Shown here: piece after piece, positions 11,901 through 21,565 of the stretch
How the letters are laid out: every line of letters begins with the position of its first letter
Numbering within the stretch: the stretch's first letter is position 1
Assembly (NCBI GenBank): GCA_051362555.1
Contig: CM120640.1
Coordinates: 23,732,225-23,796,224, forward strand
Reading direction: 5' to 3'
DNA: 64,000 nt
Source of the DNA: Lingula anatina
Lineage: Eukaryota > Animalia > Brachiopoda
Translations under genes and position numbers: made by a program
The notes under the pieces: generated by a model
What the model was told of the DNA's origin: nothing
Database searches by the model: none
The model's input: the letters and a program-made list of their open reading frames with translations, nothing else

Positions 11901-14900
11901 GCACATCTCACTCCACTATCCAAGTGACGTGGAATGCCCCCAACTTCCCCATCAAGGGTTATAGAATATTCTATAGCTCTTTCCCCAACAGGGACATGGA
12001 TCTGTGGACCAAAAAGACTATCCCGCCAGTGACTGCCACTGACTTGATTCAGTTAACTGACAGTTGTTACTATGTGCGCGTCCAGGCCCAGTCGCTGGAT
12101 GGAAGATTTGGAAACCTGTCCGATCAAGAAGAAAATTGTGAGCAGCCTCCAGGTAAAATATTCACCCTTCATCCCACCCTCTTTGCTCCACACTCATATA
12201 TTTTAGATGTGAATGGTTTGATTCATGTTGTTCTTATCATGTCTTCAAAATCTATATGATATTTGAAGTTAAATTCACAGACTCTGTCTTCTCCTTGCCC
12301 AGGTATTGGCAAAATGACTGCAGGGGCTGCAGCTTACCATGCTCATGTTTAGATAAGCTATGAATTCACTCAGATATTTGGCATTTTCAACAACTTTCCT
12401 CCCTTTCTGCCTACCAACACTGGGGTTTATCTCGGTATAACATATTTCTACACCAACTACTCTTGGTAATGGGAACCAATCCACAATGTTATTTTCTTAT
12501 GAAACTTGAGATTGCTGGCACATTGTTTGTATGGCATACGCTGATACTGTAACCCAGTGTTTTCTGTAACTCTGTCGGCATAGAACCCAACCATTTTACA
12601 TGTAGCATTCTGGACACCCTATTGTTTGGATTGCCGTGGAGATGTCCCAGTTGTTCCCTTGATGTTTTTATCCAAATTGACAGCATCAGGATTGACTGTA
12701 CTGTACTGTAATTCCCCATCGTTATTTACATGTAGTACATCTGCATCATTCAAGTTGCATGGACTGCATTAGAGCAGTAGCTGCCATTGAAATGTAACCT
12801 ATGTCAAGAGAATTAAAATAATATGTAGGTGGCTATACAGAAGGACAAGTTATAGATAGGAATGTAATGATTAGAGAAAAGTTAAAGAATTTTAAAGATG
12901 CAAAACCTGGTCAGTAATAGTCTCTTCTCTCATGCTCACTCTCGTCTCCATAGAAATCCCCCAGTGTGTCCGCTCCTTCACAGCAGTGGACACTAGCTCT
13001 GATTATGTAGTCTTGGACTGGGACCCTCCACTCACACCAGGTGTGGTGAAGTATAAGGTGAGCAAGATACTGCTGGAACAACTTTGTCTTGCAAGATACA
13101 TATGTATATAGCATTGGTGTTAGGAAACTAGTATTACTGCAGATATTAATACTTGACCAGAATTTCAGGCTTAATATTGTTTTAACTGTTGTGGAATAAA
13201 GTTTATTGAAGAATTTGTGAAACCAAAAGAAAAAGAAAAAAAAAGCTGTGGTATGATAGACATTAACAGTGGTCCCGTCTGTCTCTCCCTATAGATCTTG
13301 TACGAAGGTAGCCAGAGGGACATTCTTGTCCATCCTAGGTCAGAAATAACTGTGCGCAACCAGGAACGGGTCAAAATCAGCGAGCTATTTCCTGAGACTC
13401 GCTACACTTTCAACATCAGCGCTCAGTTCTTAGACGGGTCACTTGGGCCATATGTATACACTTTGGCTGAAACACAGAGAGGAGGTCAGTGGATAGTGCT
13501 TGAGCCAGAAATAATCCTGGCTCCTGAACTGCATCATGCCATAGCAAAAAAAGATTAATATTGCATGAAATGCAGCATCTAATAGACAGAGAGTCCACAA
13601 ATGCCCTGTAATTTTTTTATCAACTGCAGTTATCATATTCTCCCTTGACTAACATTGAGTGACTAATTTGATTGCAATGTTCATTCATGCTGAATGAAAT
13701 AAGGTTTGATCTGGAAATTGTATGAAGTAATTTCATTAGCACTAACTTCAGTTATTCTCTGAACCCCTGGTTGAGCAATCTTGATTATTTATAGCATGCA
13801 GCTACCATAAAGCTTTTATATTTTCAAGAAATATTCTCACAGTACCCACTTGTATTGTCATTTCCTAAGACATAGAGTAGATCTAACCATATTTGCCAGT
13901 TTATTTACTTGGATAATTAAAAACTGACTTGGTGCATTCCTTATATTAAGCTTTCTTTTCTAGTCTTCATGATGCTTTTCTTTTTGCAGAGTACATGGAC
14001 GACATAAAGTACATTTTCGTAAAAAAAGGACGCAATCTGGTCTTACAATGTTTTGCCACTTTCCAAGAAATTCGTCCAGCTAAACAACTTTATTGGAAAT
14101 CAACCTACAAACACCTTGATGAATCTTATATTATCAACCGGGTGGATTCTACAGGAACTCAATTTTTCTCTACTGTCGTCATTAATAAAACTCGCGTCGA
14201 ACATTCAGGCGTCTTTTTGTGCCGGACAAGCGGTCGTATTTTGAAAAAATTCATAGTGAAAGTTCACAGTGGCTCTTATCATCCCCCAAAACCCAAGGGT
14301 GAGCTAAACTTTTCTCTTTCAAGTCTGTTTTCAGTATTTTGTCCTTGTCTTGACTTGACCTGCCCCCTACCTACCATCCCCATCCTACATAACATGCATG
14401 GTATGCTGCCTCGCCTGTCAACCTGAATGTTTTCATATATTGCATGAATCAAAATGTTGCATGGTTTCATATACTTGTTCATTGCATGTGTTCATGTTGT
14501 TTTCAGGAGTTGAGTGTGTAAGCACACTCGGCTCAAAGAATCAATGCAGCTACATTGCAGTGAATCATCAGTATATTTGAAGTGTTCTTTTTTGAGCACA
14601 CTTGGTTTGAAATTATGCAAGAGAATAGTCGCATTATTTGATCACACTTTTTCACTGACTGAAGGTGCAATATTCCCTATATATTTGTAAACAGTAAGAC
14701 TCGCCTACTGATGTATTTCCATTTCAGTGATGTTTGTGTAGGTATAATAATATTATATCAATACCTAATGTGCTCAAACCTTTATGGTGCCATTTTGAAT
14801 GTTGCATGATTTTGCAGACAGTTAGATGTGGAAACCCAAAGTGTGAACAGCAAGACTTCCAAACATTGAAAACTCTAACATTCTGATATAAGTTCATTTT

Positions 14901-17900
14901 AGTTTCAGTTATGGGCATGATCTATAACATTTTAAATGGCATAGCATACATGTACAGCAGTGTATGTTGGAGAACTTTTTGAGACTATTTCAACTTAATC
15001 TAGCTCTTGACAAGTAATGTTTTTCTTACAGTCCTTGAACGTCCACAATTCCGAAAAATGAATGAGGATAAAACCATAGGATTCCAGCTGAAATCTCGTA
15101 GTCGTATCGGCAAGGTGGACTATTACTGGGTTGTTGTGGTGCCCAAGTCCCACTTTGACATCAAGGAACCCAATGAATTTGAAGAGAATGAGGTATGGCT
15201 GTGGATAAGTATACTTTTATAGAACATGAAAGATGATAAATTTATTGTAAAATTGCAGAAGTTCATATAGTTACGTGTATTTTTTTCTTTTGTGTGATCA
15301 GATCTCTCATGCTTCTAAATTAGTTGACTTGCTACCTAGGGTATGATTTGGTCTTCTCCCCTCTCTCACTTCTAAATTAGTTGACTTGCTACCTAGGGTA
15401 TGATTTGGTCTTCTCCTTGGCATTCACCATGACTGTTTTATTTTCCAGCTGCAGAGTGATATCAGTCCAGCCTACATTGCAGCCCAGTTTGAGGGAAATA
15501 ATCTGCCAGACATGTTTTCTTTGAGTGATGGAAACATGTATGGGAATTACAGAAACAAAAGGCTAGATGAGAATGAAGAATATAAAGTCTTTCTACGTGC
15601 AGTGACAACCGAAAATGTGAGTATAGAGTAGCCATAGAGTATAGAGTGAGTATAGCGTAGAGTAGAGTAGCCATAATATAGATCCACATATCAGCTTTAC
15701 CTGTTGACTGTTTCATCTGTTCACTGTTACAGACTTGGATCCAACAAAACTATTTTCACACGAGTATAGAGTGTTTTTGTTTCTTCATTAGATCAAATCA
15801 CAAAAATTGATCAAATGTTGGAAACTGCTCGTATGTATTTAATGGCTGTGTTTCATATTAAAATATGTCAATATTTTGTTACATGAATAAAAGCTTCAGT
15901 GAAGTAATGTCTTATTTATTGGATTTTAGGAGGTCACGTCCAGTGACTACTCTGAGCCATTCAGCCTGAAGAGAGGGGTGCCTCCCAGGAGAAGCCCTCT
16001 GACCCCTGCTGGAGGAGGTTTTATCTGGATTGTGGGGGTAGTTGCAGCAGTCATTCTCCTCATTATCTTCATTGTGATCGTCTTCTTTGTTGTCAGGTAA
16101 GACTCGAGTCTTCAAAGTTAATTACAGTTATGGGACAAACTGTGACGCTTGGTTTGTGATGTCTGTTTTGCATATCCCAAATATGTTGTGATTGCTTGTG
16201 GGAAAGTTTTTTATACTATGCTATGCTGTTGGTGTTTTACAGGAGAAAATCAAAGAGGAAAGAGAAGGCCCCGGAGCCTACCAAAGTATTTGTTGATCCA
16301 ACACCCCCAGGGCCACAACACCCAACAGACCCTGTAGAGATGAGACGGATGAATTTCCAGACACCAGGTACAAGCAGTTATAAACTCATTGTTTCTTTAT
16401 CCATGGTAGACTAAGCATTCAGATTGTCTTTGGTCGATTGCAAACACTGGCTTGCAGTTAAAATACAGTAACATTTAGATTGAATGTAATATAGTCTACT
16501 ATACTAGTTATATTTGTTACAGTAGTGGTTCTCTGGGTGCCAGGCAGCAATGTTAACATCCATATCTATCCGTACACAAACATTGTAAAAGCATTGCAAT
16601 AACTGTAATTTGAAAATCCCTGACATGTGCCCATTCTTTACTGCAGCCATGATCAGCCACCCACCTATCCCAGTAGAACAGCTGGCTGAACACATAGACA
16701 GACTGAAGGCGCAGGACAACCTGAAGTTCTCTCAGGAATACGAGTCAATAGAACCAGGCCAGCAGTTCACATGGGACAACTCCAACTTGGAGGTCAACAA
16801 ACCCAAGAACCGCTACGCCAATGTCATCGCTTATGACCACTCCCGGGTGATCCTTCAGCCTCTAGATGCCATCACAGGCAGTGATTATATTAACGCCAAC
16901 TACATGGATGGGTACAGGAAGCAGAATGCATATATTGCAACCCAGGGTCCACTGCCTGAGACTTTCTGTGACTTCTGGCGTATGGTGTGGGAACAGAGGT
17001 CAGCCACAATTGTGATGATGACAAAACTGGAGGAGAGGTCAAGGGTAAGCTGATGTAGACTAATGTGGAACAAAATCTGAGTGTCCTTGGCTTGTGAAAC
17101 TAAAAGCTTAGACATTGTGTATACCTTGAAAGGTTGATAATTTTAGGCTGAAACAGACAAGAAGATGATAGAAGAACACTAAACAATATTTAAAAATTGA
17201 GCCTTTTCCTTGGCTAATCATCATGAAATCCTCTAAGTAGTTGTAAATTAAGACTAAGGATAGATGCACTTACCTCAATAGATTAGCTAAGTATTGTTTA
17301 TGTATGCCAAAAACAGTCTCACATTCTCTCTTTAATGTCAAATTTTAAATTCTAATTTATTGACCTTTGATTTTTATATAGATCAAGTGTGACCAGTACT
17401 GGCCACTCCGCGGCACAGAGAACTATGGCGTGATGCAGGTGACCATACTGGACATCATGGACCTGGCCACCTACACCATACGCACCTTCCAGCTGTCACG
17501 GCAGGGCTATCCAGAGAAGAGGGAAGTGAAGCAGTTCCAGTTTACAGCCTGGCCAGATCATGGGGTGCCGGATCACCCCACACCTCTACTGATGTTCATG
17601 AGGAGAGTGAAAGCTAGCACACCTCCAGATTCAGGGCCCATGATCACACACTGCAGGTGAGAGGGGCACAGTGATCAGTTCTGTATTTTAGGGTATGAGG
17701 TATTTGATAGCAATTTGAAAGAGGACTTTTTCCTCATGATAAGCCACAAAACGGTGATTTAGTTTAAGCCAAAAGCAGAAGAATGGAGTGGTATTGTTAA
17801 AATCTGGTGAATGATTATGTTATTTTATTGTACAGTTCATCGTCACTGCCCAAGTTTTATATAGTATTTTCTCTCGCCTCTTCCCAGTGCTGGTGTCGGA

Positions 17901-20900
17901 AGAACAGGTGCTTTTATTGTCATAGATGCCATGTTAGAGAGAATACGCCATGAAAGAACTGTCGACATCTATGGTCACGTCACATGCTTAAGAGCACAGA
18001 GAAACTACATGGTGCAAACAGAAGACCAGTATATATTCATTCACGATGCCCTTCTGGAGGCAGTCACCTGTGGAAATACAGAGATTCCTGCCAGGAATTT
18101 GTACGCACATCTCCAGAAACTCACACAGCCAGAGCCAGGGGAGACAGTCACAGGAATGGAATTAGAATTCAAGGCAAGAAGAATTTATTTCTATTCTGAC
18201 ACCTTTCTTTCTTGGTGATTCACAGATAATTGTATATGTTTATAGTGCTATTTAATGTATAAATAGAATGGAAAAGTAACCAGAAAGCAGAAATGAAGAG
18301 GCTATAAGTTGCTAAGCATTACCTTCATTTATTTATATATATTTTGATCATACCAAAAGTGGGTTTGTATTGATATTTCTTGTCCCACTCTTCCAGAGGC
18401 TAGCTCACACCAAGGCCAACCCTTCCAGGTTTGTCAGCGCCAATCTTCCAGTGAACAAATTCAAGAACAGATTAGTCAATATCCTTCCATGTAAGTTGTT
18501 CTCTTGTCATAGTAGAGAGAGAGTTATTTGTTATGTATTCATGATGTATCTTTCCCTGGAGTGAGCAACTCAACTTCCAACAAGTGCGGATTTATTGCTT
18601 AATGGAAAAATCATTGCGCAAGAGCAGTTCCAGTTGAAGCAAGTATCTTGAAGGCATATTGCGTTATTAGTTCATAGTGTGCAAATGGCTGAAGATAATT
18701 ACTGTAGTTGATTTCTATCTAAAGCTGAAAATAGGTACCTGATACCTGTCACATACACGCAAATATAGATCCGTGATTGAGACATAAATGTCATATCCTC
18801 TGTGGTTTAATTGTAATAGATGTGAAAATAAACCAATTGTATTTACCAATGGCAGGAAGTTGTCAGATTATCGATCATCAAAGAGAAATCATTTATTTGT
18901 GAGAAGAAATTGTTTAGATATATGATTAATCTCTCTGGTTACGTGATAATGATGGTCAATAAAGTGGTATATAAAAAGCAAATTTCTTTTTCCATCCAGA
19001 TGAAAACACCAGGGTGTGTCTCCAGCCAATCCGAGGGGTTGACGGCTCAGATTATATTAATGCAAGCTATATTGATGTAAGCATAATCACATTCACCATA
19101 TGAAATAGCATTCTGTGTGGGAAACTTCATAATCATGGATGGGATAAGATCCCAGGTTCTGTGAGGACACCCAGTCATTATGTACTAAATGACTGATCAC
19201 AGTATGGTACAAAAAATGGCAAACTATTGATTGTTCGTGTGGCATTGATTTAGAGATCAATAGCTTTGGCAAAATGCACGTAAATGTCTCTTAAATGATG
19301 ATGATTGCCATGTTTTATGTGTACTTTAAAAGGTCTGAGAGAATGGGTTTAAAGCCAGTATATACCCATGGTAGAATGGATAGATAGATTCAGCAAGTTC
19401 ATTCAAGTAAATACAGATTGTATTTAATCGAGGGCTAATATAAGGCTCATAGTTTCATAAAGTCAGATTCAAATATAAAATTACTACTAAGCAGAACATG
19501 GTTTCCATATTATATTAAAAGTCTAGATAAAACATGGTAAGCAAAAAGATGGTGCAAGAACATGGTTAGCAAAATGATGGGGTGTAGTAATTTCAAAGAA
19601 AAAAAACTAGTAGGTATATTTTGATGGGTATTGATGGATATTTATATATTTATGTTCAAAATGAACAGGTCACCTTGAAGTGTTATATTTTTACATTATG
19701 TTGTCTTCTGTTGCAGGGTTATAGGTACCGAGGTGCCTACATTGCCACACAGGGTCCCTTGGGAGAAACCACAGAGGACTTCTGGAGAATGCTGTGGGAG
19801 CATAACTCTACAATCATTGTCATGTTGACAAAACTCAGAGAAATGGGAAGGGTAAGTTTAGTTTTCTTACTCAGATATGTAGCATGTACATGCTTTCATT
19901 GAAGATATATGTAGTTTAGGAATAAAAAAAAAAGAGAGAGAAAATTGTGAAATAAACACTAAAAATTAATGGAACTTGATATTTTGAACAGCAGTGAAAA
20001 AGATTTTATGTCTAACATTCTTTTAAAAATCTGTCTATGAAAGTACCCCTAAATTCCATCTATATGAAGTTTCCTATTCTGTGTTCCCAGGAGAAATGTC
20101 ACCAGTACTGGCCCAGTGAGAGATCTGCCAGGTATCAGTATTTTGTGGTGGACCCCATGGCGGAGTATAACATGCCTCAGTATATCCTGAGAGAATTCAA
20201 GGTCACAGATGCCAGAGTAAGTTTGATCAATAGCAAACAGGCTTTTTCTCTGGAGAATTTAGAAAATATTGTAGAAGATATTAATGTTGTGAAAGAAAAT
20301 AGTTTGTCTTCAACATACCTGGAAAAGTATGAATGGGACATTAAACAGGACATTGATATACATCATGTAATTATGACCAAATTACTAAAAAAAAAACATA
20401 TAAAGACACTACTCATCAGAAGTACAAAATTGTATTTTCATGTTGACTGTTTGTATTAATATTTTTAACTAACAACTTTTGGAAATTGTAATAATTATTT
20501 ATACTCTCAGTTAAATTTATTATTATTATTATGTTTTATGAGATACATAGTTCTAAATCAAATTTCTGCCCCTCCAGGATGGCCAGTCGCGGACCATCCG
20601 TCAGTTCCAGTTCACAGACTGGCCAGAGCAAGGAGTGCCCAAGTCTGGGGAAGGGTTCATAGACTTCATTGGACAGGTGCACAAGACAAAGGAACAGTTT
20701 GGACAGGATGGACCTATATCAGTGCACTGCAGGTAGGTATTATGAAACTGTGACATGGCTCTGTTAAATAGATGTATTCTCCATCCATTTGTTATTGGAA
20801 GTTATTGGACTTAAAATATTTAAACAATAGAGGACAAAATATTTAAACAATAGAGGACTGTTAGCGGAGGTTATAAAAGGGAATATGGATTTTTCTTTCT

Positions 20901-21565
20901 TCTCCTGGCATTTTCTGTTCCCATCCTTATCCAAGTCCCATTGAATTCATTGACTACCAGTTCACTTGTGCTATTTTTGTATGCAGTAGCAGTATGAAGT
21001 TATGAAGTCAAAATAACTACAATGCATGCAGTGGGAGATAACATGTTAATCCTGTAAAAGTCCATTTTCTGCCAGTATCATCATTTCTGATATCATGACA
21101 TTATTCCTTGCAGTGCTGGCGTGGGTCGCACCGGTGTGTTCATAGCCCTGAGTATAGTCCTGGAGAGGATGAGATATGAGGGCGTGGTGGATCTCTTCCA
21201 GACAGTCAGAATGCTGAGAACACAGAGGCCAGCCATGGTACAGACAGAGGTGAGTTCTCCTGGCCTGTTCTCACATTTTCTTTTCGTTATGGGTGCTCTT
21301 CTAGTAAATAATGTACTGTGAATTGAGGAGCCAGATGTTAGGTTATGCTTTGTGCTTTTATCTTTTTATTTTAGTCTAAGAAAATAACCTTAAGTCACTA
21401 TACGGTTTAATATTTGAGGACTTTCCATAAACAGCAGTAGGATAGACCATTTATACCTCTACATGTTGATTGATCAGAGTTTGTCTTTATTTGCAGGACC
21501 AATATCAATTCTGCTACCGTGCTGCACTGGAGTATTTGGGCTCATTTGACCACTATGCAAATTGA
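2684..21565 (+). CDS. Lar: LAR-family (type IIa) receptor-type tyrosine-protein phosphatase, 5'-partial, 23 exons in window
   Basis: Exons traced at AG/GT boundaries with consistent phases: 2684-2992, 7210-7524, 7992-8189, 9265-9357, 10382-10675, 11868-12152, 12954-13057, 13295-13484, 13990-14298 (Ig, probably alternative), 15032-15192, 15449-15616, 15930-16096, 16243-16367, 16647-17044, 17382-17656, 17888-18173, 18397-18490, 19000-19076, 19717-19851, 20091-20216, 20578-20732, 21114-21249, 21497-21565. Encodes FN3 repeats, a TM helix, D1 ([17 protein letters not shown]), D2 ([17 protein letters not shown]) and the C-terminus [11 protein letters not shown], all typical of PTPRF/PTPRD/PTPRS/Drosophila Lar. 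Confidence 0.96.
7210..7524 (+). CDS. Lar: Lar exon: FN3 repeat (VPGRPERV...KTLGA)
   Basis: ctag acceptor and gtaagt donor; resembles vertebrate LAR FN5 (NSTAI.V.W, TGKGDG..SK). Confidence 0.93.
7992..8189 (+). CDS. Lar: Lar exon: N-half of FN3 repeat
   Basis: ttcag acceptor, gtatgt donor; [10 protein letters not shown]...TVTSL. Confidence 0.9.
9265..9357 (+). CDS. Lar: Lar exon: C-half of FN3 repeat ([31 protein letters not shown])
   Basis: Not in the ORF track. atag acceptor, gttagt donor, phase 1-1, and it completes the FN3 domain (Y.F.L.A.N..G). Confidence 0.9.
10382..10675 (+). CDS. Lar: Lar exon: FN3 repeat (VPYGYPMNF...KGPGPWSP...YKQ)
   Basis: Polypyrimidine-cag acceptor, gtaagt donor; [11 protein letters not shown] motif. 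Confidence 0.93.
11868..12152 (+). CDS. Lar: Lar exon: FN3 repeat (PAAPTNIKL...EQPP)
   Basis: ttcag acceptor, gtaaaa donor, phase 1-1. Confidence 0.9.
12954..13057 (+). CDS. Lar: Lar exon: N-part of FN3 repeat (EIPQCVRSF...[17 protein letters not shown])
   Basis: catag acceptor, gtgagc donor, phase 1-0; not annotated on this strand in the ORF track. Confidence 0.87.
13295..13484 (+). CDS. Lar: Lar exon: C-part of FN3 repeat (ILYEG...[13 protein letters not shown]...ETQRG)
   Basis: ctatag acceptor, gtcagt donor, phase 0-1. Confidence 0.88.
13990..14298 (+). CDS. Lar: Lar exon encoding one immunoglobulin-like domain (probable cassette exon)
   Basis: ttttttgcag acceptor, gtgagc donor, 309 nt, phase 1-1. 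Ig hallmarks: V..G.NLVLQC, LYWK, STVVI.....HSGVFLC. Confidence 0.8.
14395..14488 (+). promoter_or_regulatory. Cluster of four TGCATG (Rbfox-binding) intronic splicing elements
   Basis: TGCATG at 14395, 14441, 14458 and 14483 (plus 14803), about 100-190 nt downstream of the Ig-exon donor. Confidence 0.6.
15032..15192 (+). CDS. Lar: Lar exon: membrane-proximal ectodomain (YYWVVVVP)
   Basis: ttacag acceptor, gtatgg donor; matches the LAR WFYIVVVP-type segment. Confidence 0.88.
15312..15416. repeat. 48-bp tandem duplication (period 57) in a Lar intron
   Basis: cttctaaattagttgacttgctacctagggtatgatttggtcttctcc at 15312-15359 and 15369-15416. Confidence 0.9.
15449..15616 (+). CDS. Lar: Lar exon: membrane-proximal ectodomain (PAYIAAQF...F.L.DG..YG.Y.NK.L....Y.VFLRA)
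   Basis: ttccag acceptor (a second in-frame cag lies 6 nt downstream), gtgagt donor; conserved RPTP juxtamembrane motif. Confidence 0.88.
15930..16096 (+). CDS. Lar: Lar exon: transmembrane helix ([25 protein letters not shown])
   Basis: ttttag acceptor, gtaaga donor; SSDYSEP motif followed by about 25 hydrophobic residues. Confidence 0.9.
16243..16367 (+). CDS. Lar: Lar exon: cytoplasmic juxtamembrane (RRKSKRK...[15 protein letters not shown])
   Basis: Basic stop-transfer segment and the LAR-diagnostic DPVEMRR.NFQTP motif. Confidence 0.93.
16647..17044 (+). CDS. Lar: Lar exon: wedge and PTP D1 N-part
   Basis: [40 protein letters not shown]. Confidence 0.97.
17382..17656 (+). CDS. Lar: Lar exon: PTP D1 (KCDQYWP...WPDHGVP...HC)
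   Basis: Canonical PTP motifs; atag acceptor, gtgaga donor. Confidence 0.97.
17888..18173 (+). CDS. Lar: Lar exon: PTP D1 C-part and D1-D2 linker (SAGVGRTG...QTEDQY...GMELEFK)
   Basis: cccag acceptor; ends at the non-canonical GC donor AAG|GCAAGA, which is needed to join in frame with RLAH of the next exon. Confidence 0.93.
18397..18490 (+). CDS. Lar: Lar exon: PTP D2 start (RLAH...KNRLVNILP)
   Basis: ttccag acceptor, gtaagt donor. Confidence 0.94.
19000..19076 (+). CDS. Lar: Lar exon: PTP D2 ([26 protein letters not shown])
   Basis: Not in the ORF track; ccag acceptor, gtaagc donor. Confidence 0.94.
19717..19851 (+). CDS. Lar: Lar exon: PTP D2 (GYR...IATQGP...FWRMLWEH...EMGR)
   Basis: ttgcag acceptor, gtaagt donor. 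Confidence 0.95.
20091..20216 (+). CDS. Lar: Lar exon: PTP D2 ([18 protein letters not shown]...VTDAR)
   Basis: cccag acceptor, gtaagt donor. Confidence 0.95.
20578..20732 (+). CDS. Lar: Lar exon: PTP D2 ([21 protein letters not shown]...VHC)
   Basis: ccag acceptor, gtaggt donor; the ORF track shows a different frame here. Confidence 0.95.
21114..21249 (+). CDS. Lar: Lar exon: PTP D2 ([10 protein letters not shown]...AMVQTE)
   Basis: ttgcag acceptor, gtgagt donor. Confidence 0.95.
21497..21565 (+). CDS. Lar: Lar last coding exon ([22 protein letters not shown])
   Basis: ttgcag acceptor, TGA at 21563-21565; LAR-type C-terminus. Confidence 0.95.
   Translation, partial: DQYQFCYRAALEYLGSFDHYAN

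Noticed and set aside
11868-12152. One more FN3 repeat than vertebrate LAR at this position
   Set aside because: Invertebrate Lar (for example Drosophila) has nine FN3 repeats, so this is expected.
14507-14517. ttttcAG-gagttgagtgt-GTAAGC microexon-like site downstream of the Ig exon
   Set aside because: 11 nt is not frame-preserving with the next exon, and the 9-nt alternative needs a poor donor. No support without reads.
15617-15676. Short GAGTATA/GAGTAG tandem motif after a Lar donor, and small duplications near 20814-20858, 22235-22278 and 56659-56709
   Set aside because: Ordinary slippage-type micro-duplications with no sign of function.
18397-21565. D2 domain with KNRL and WPE in place of KNRY and WPD
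   Set aside because: These are the known, conserved substitutions of the LAR-family D2 pseudophosphatase, so they are not novel.
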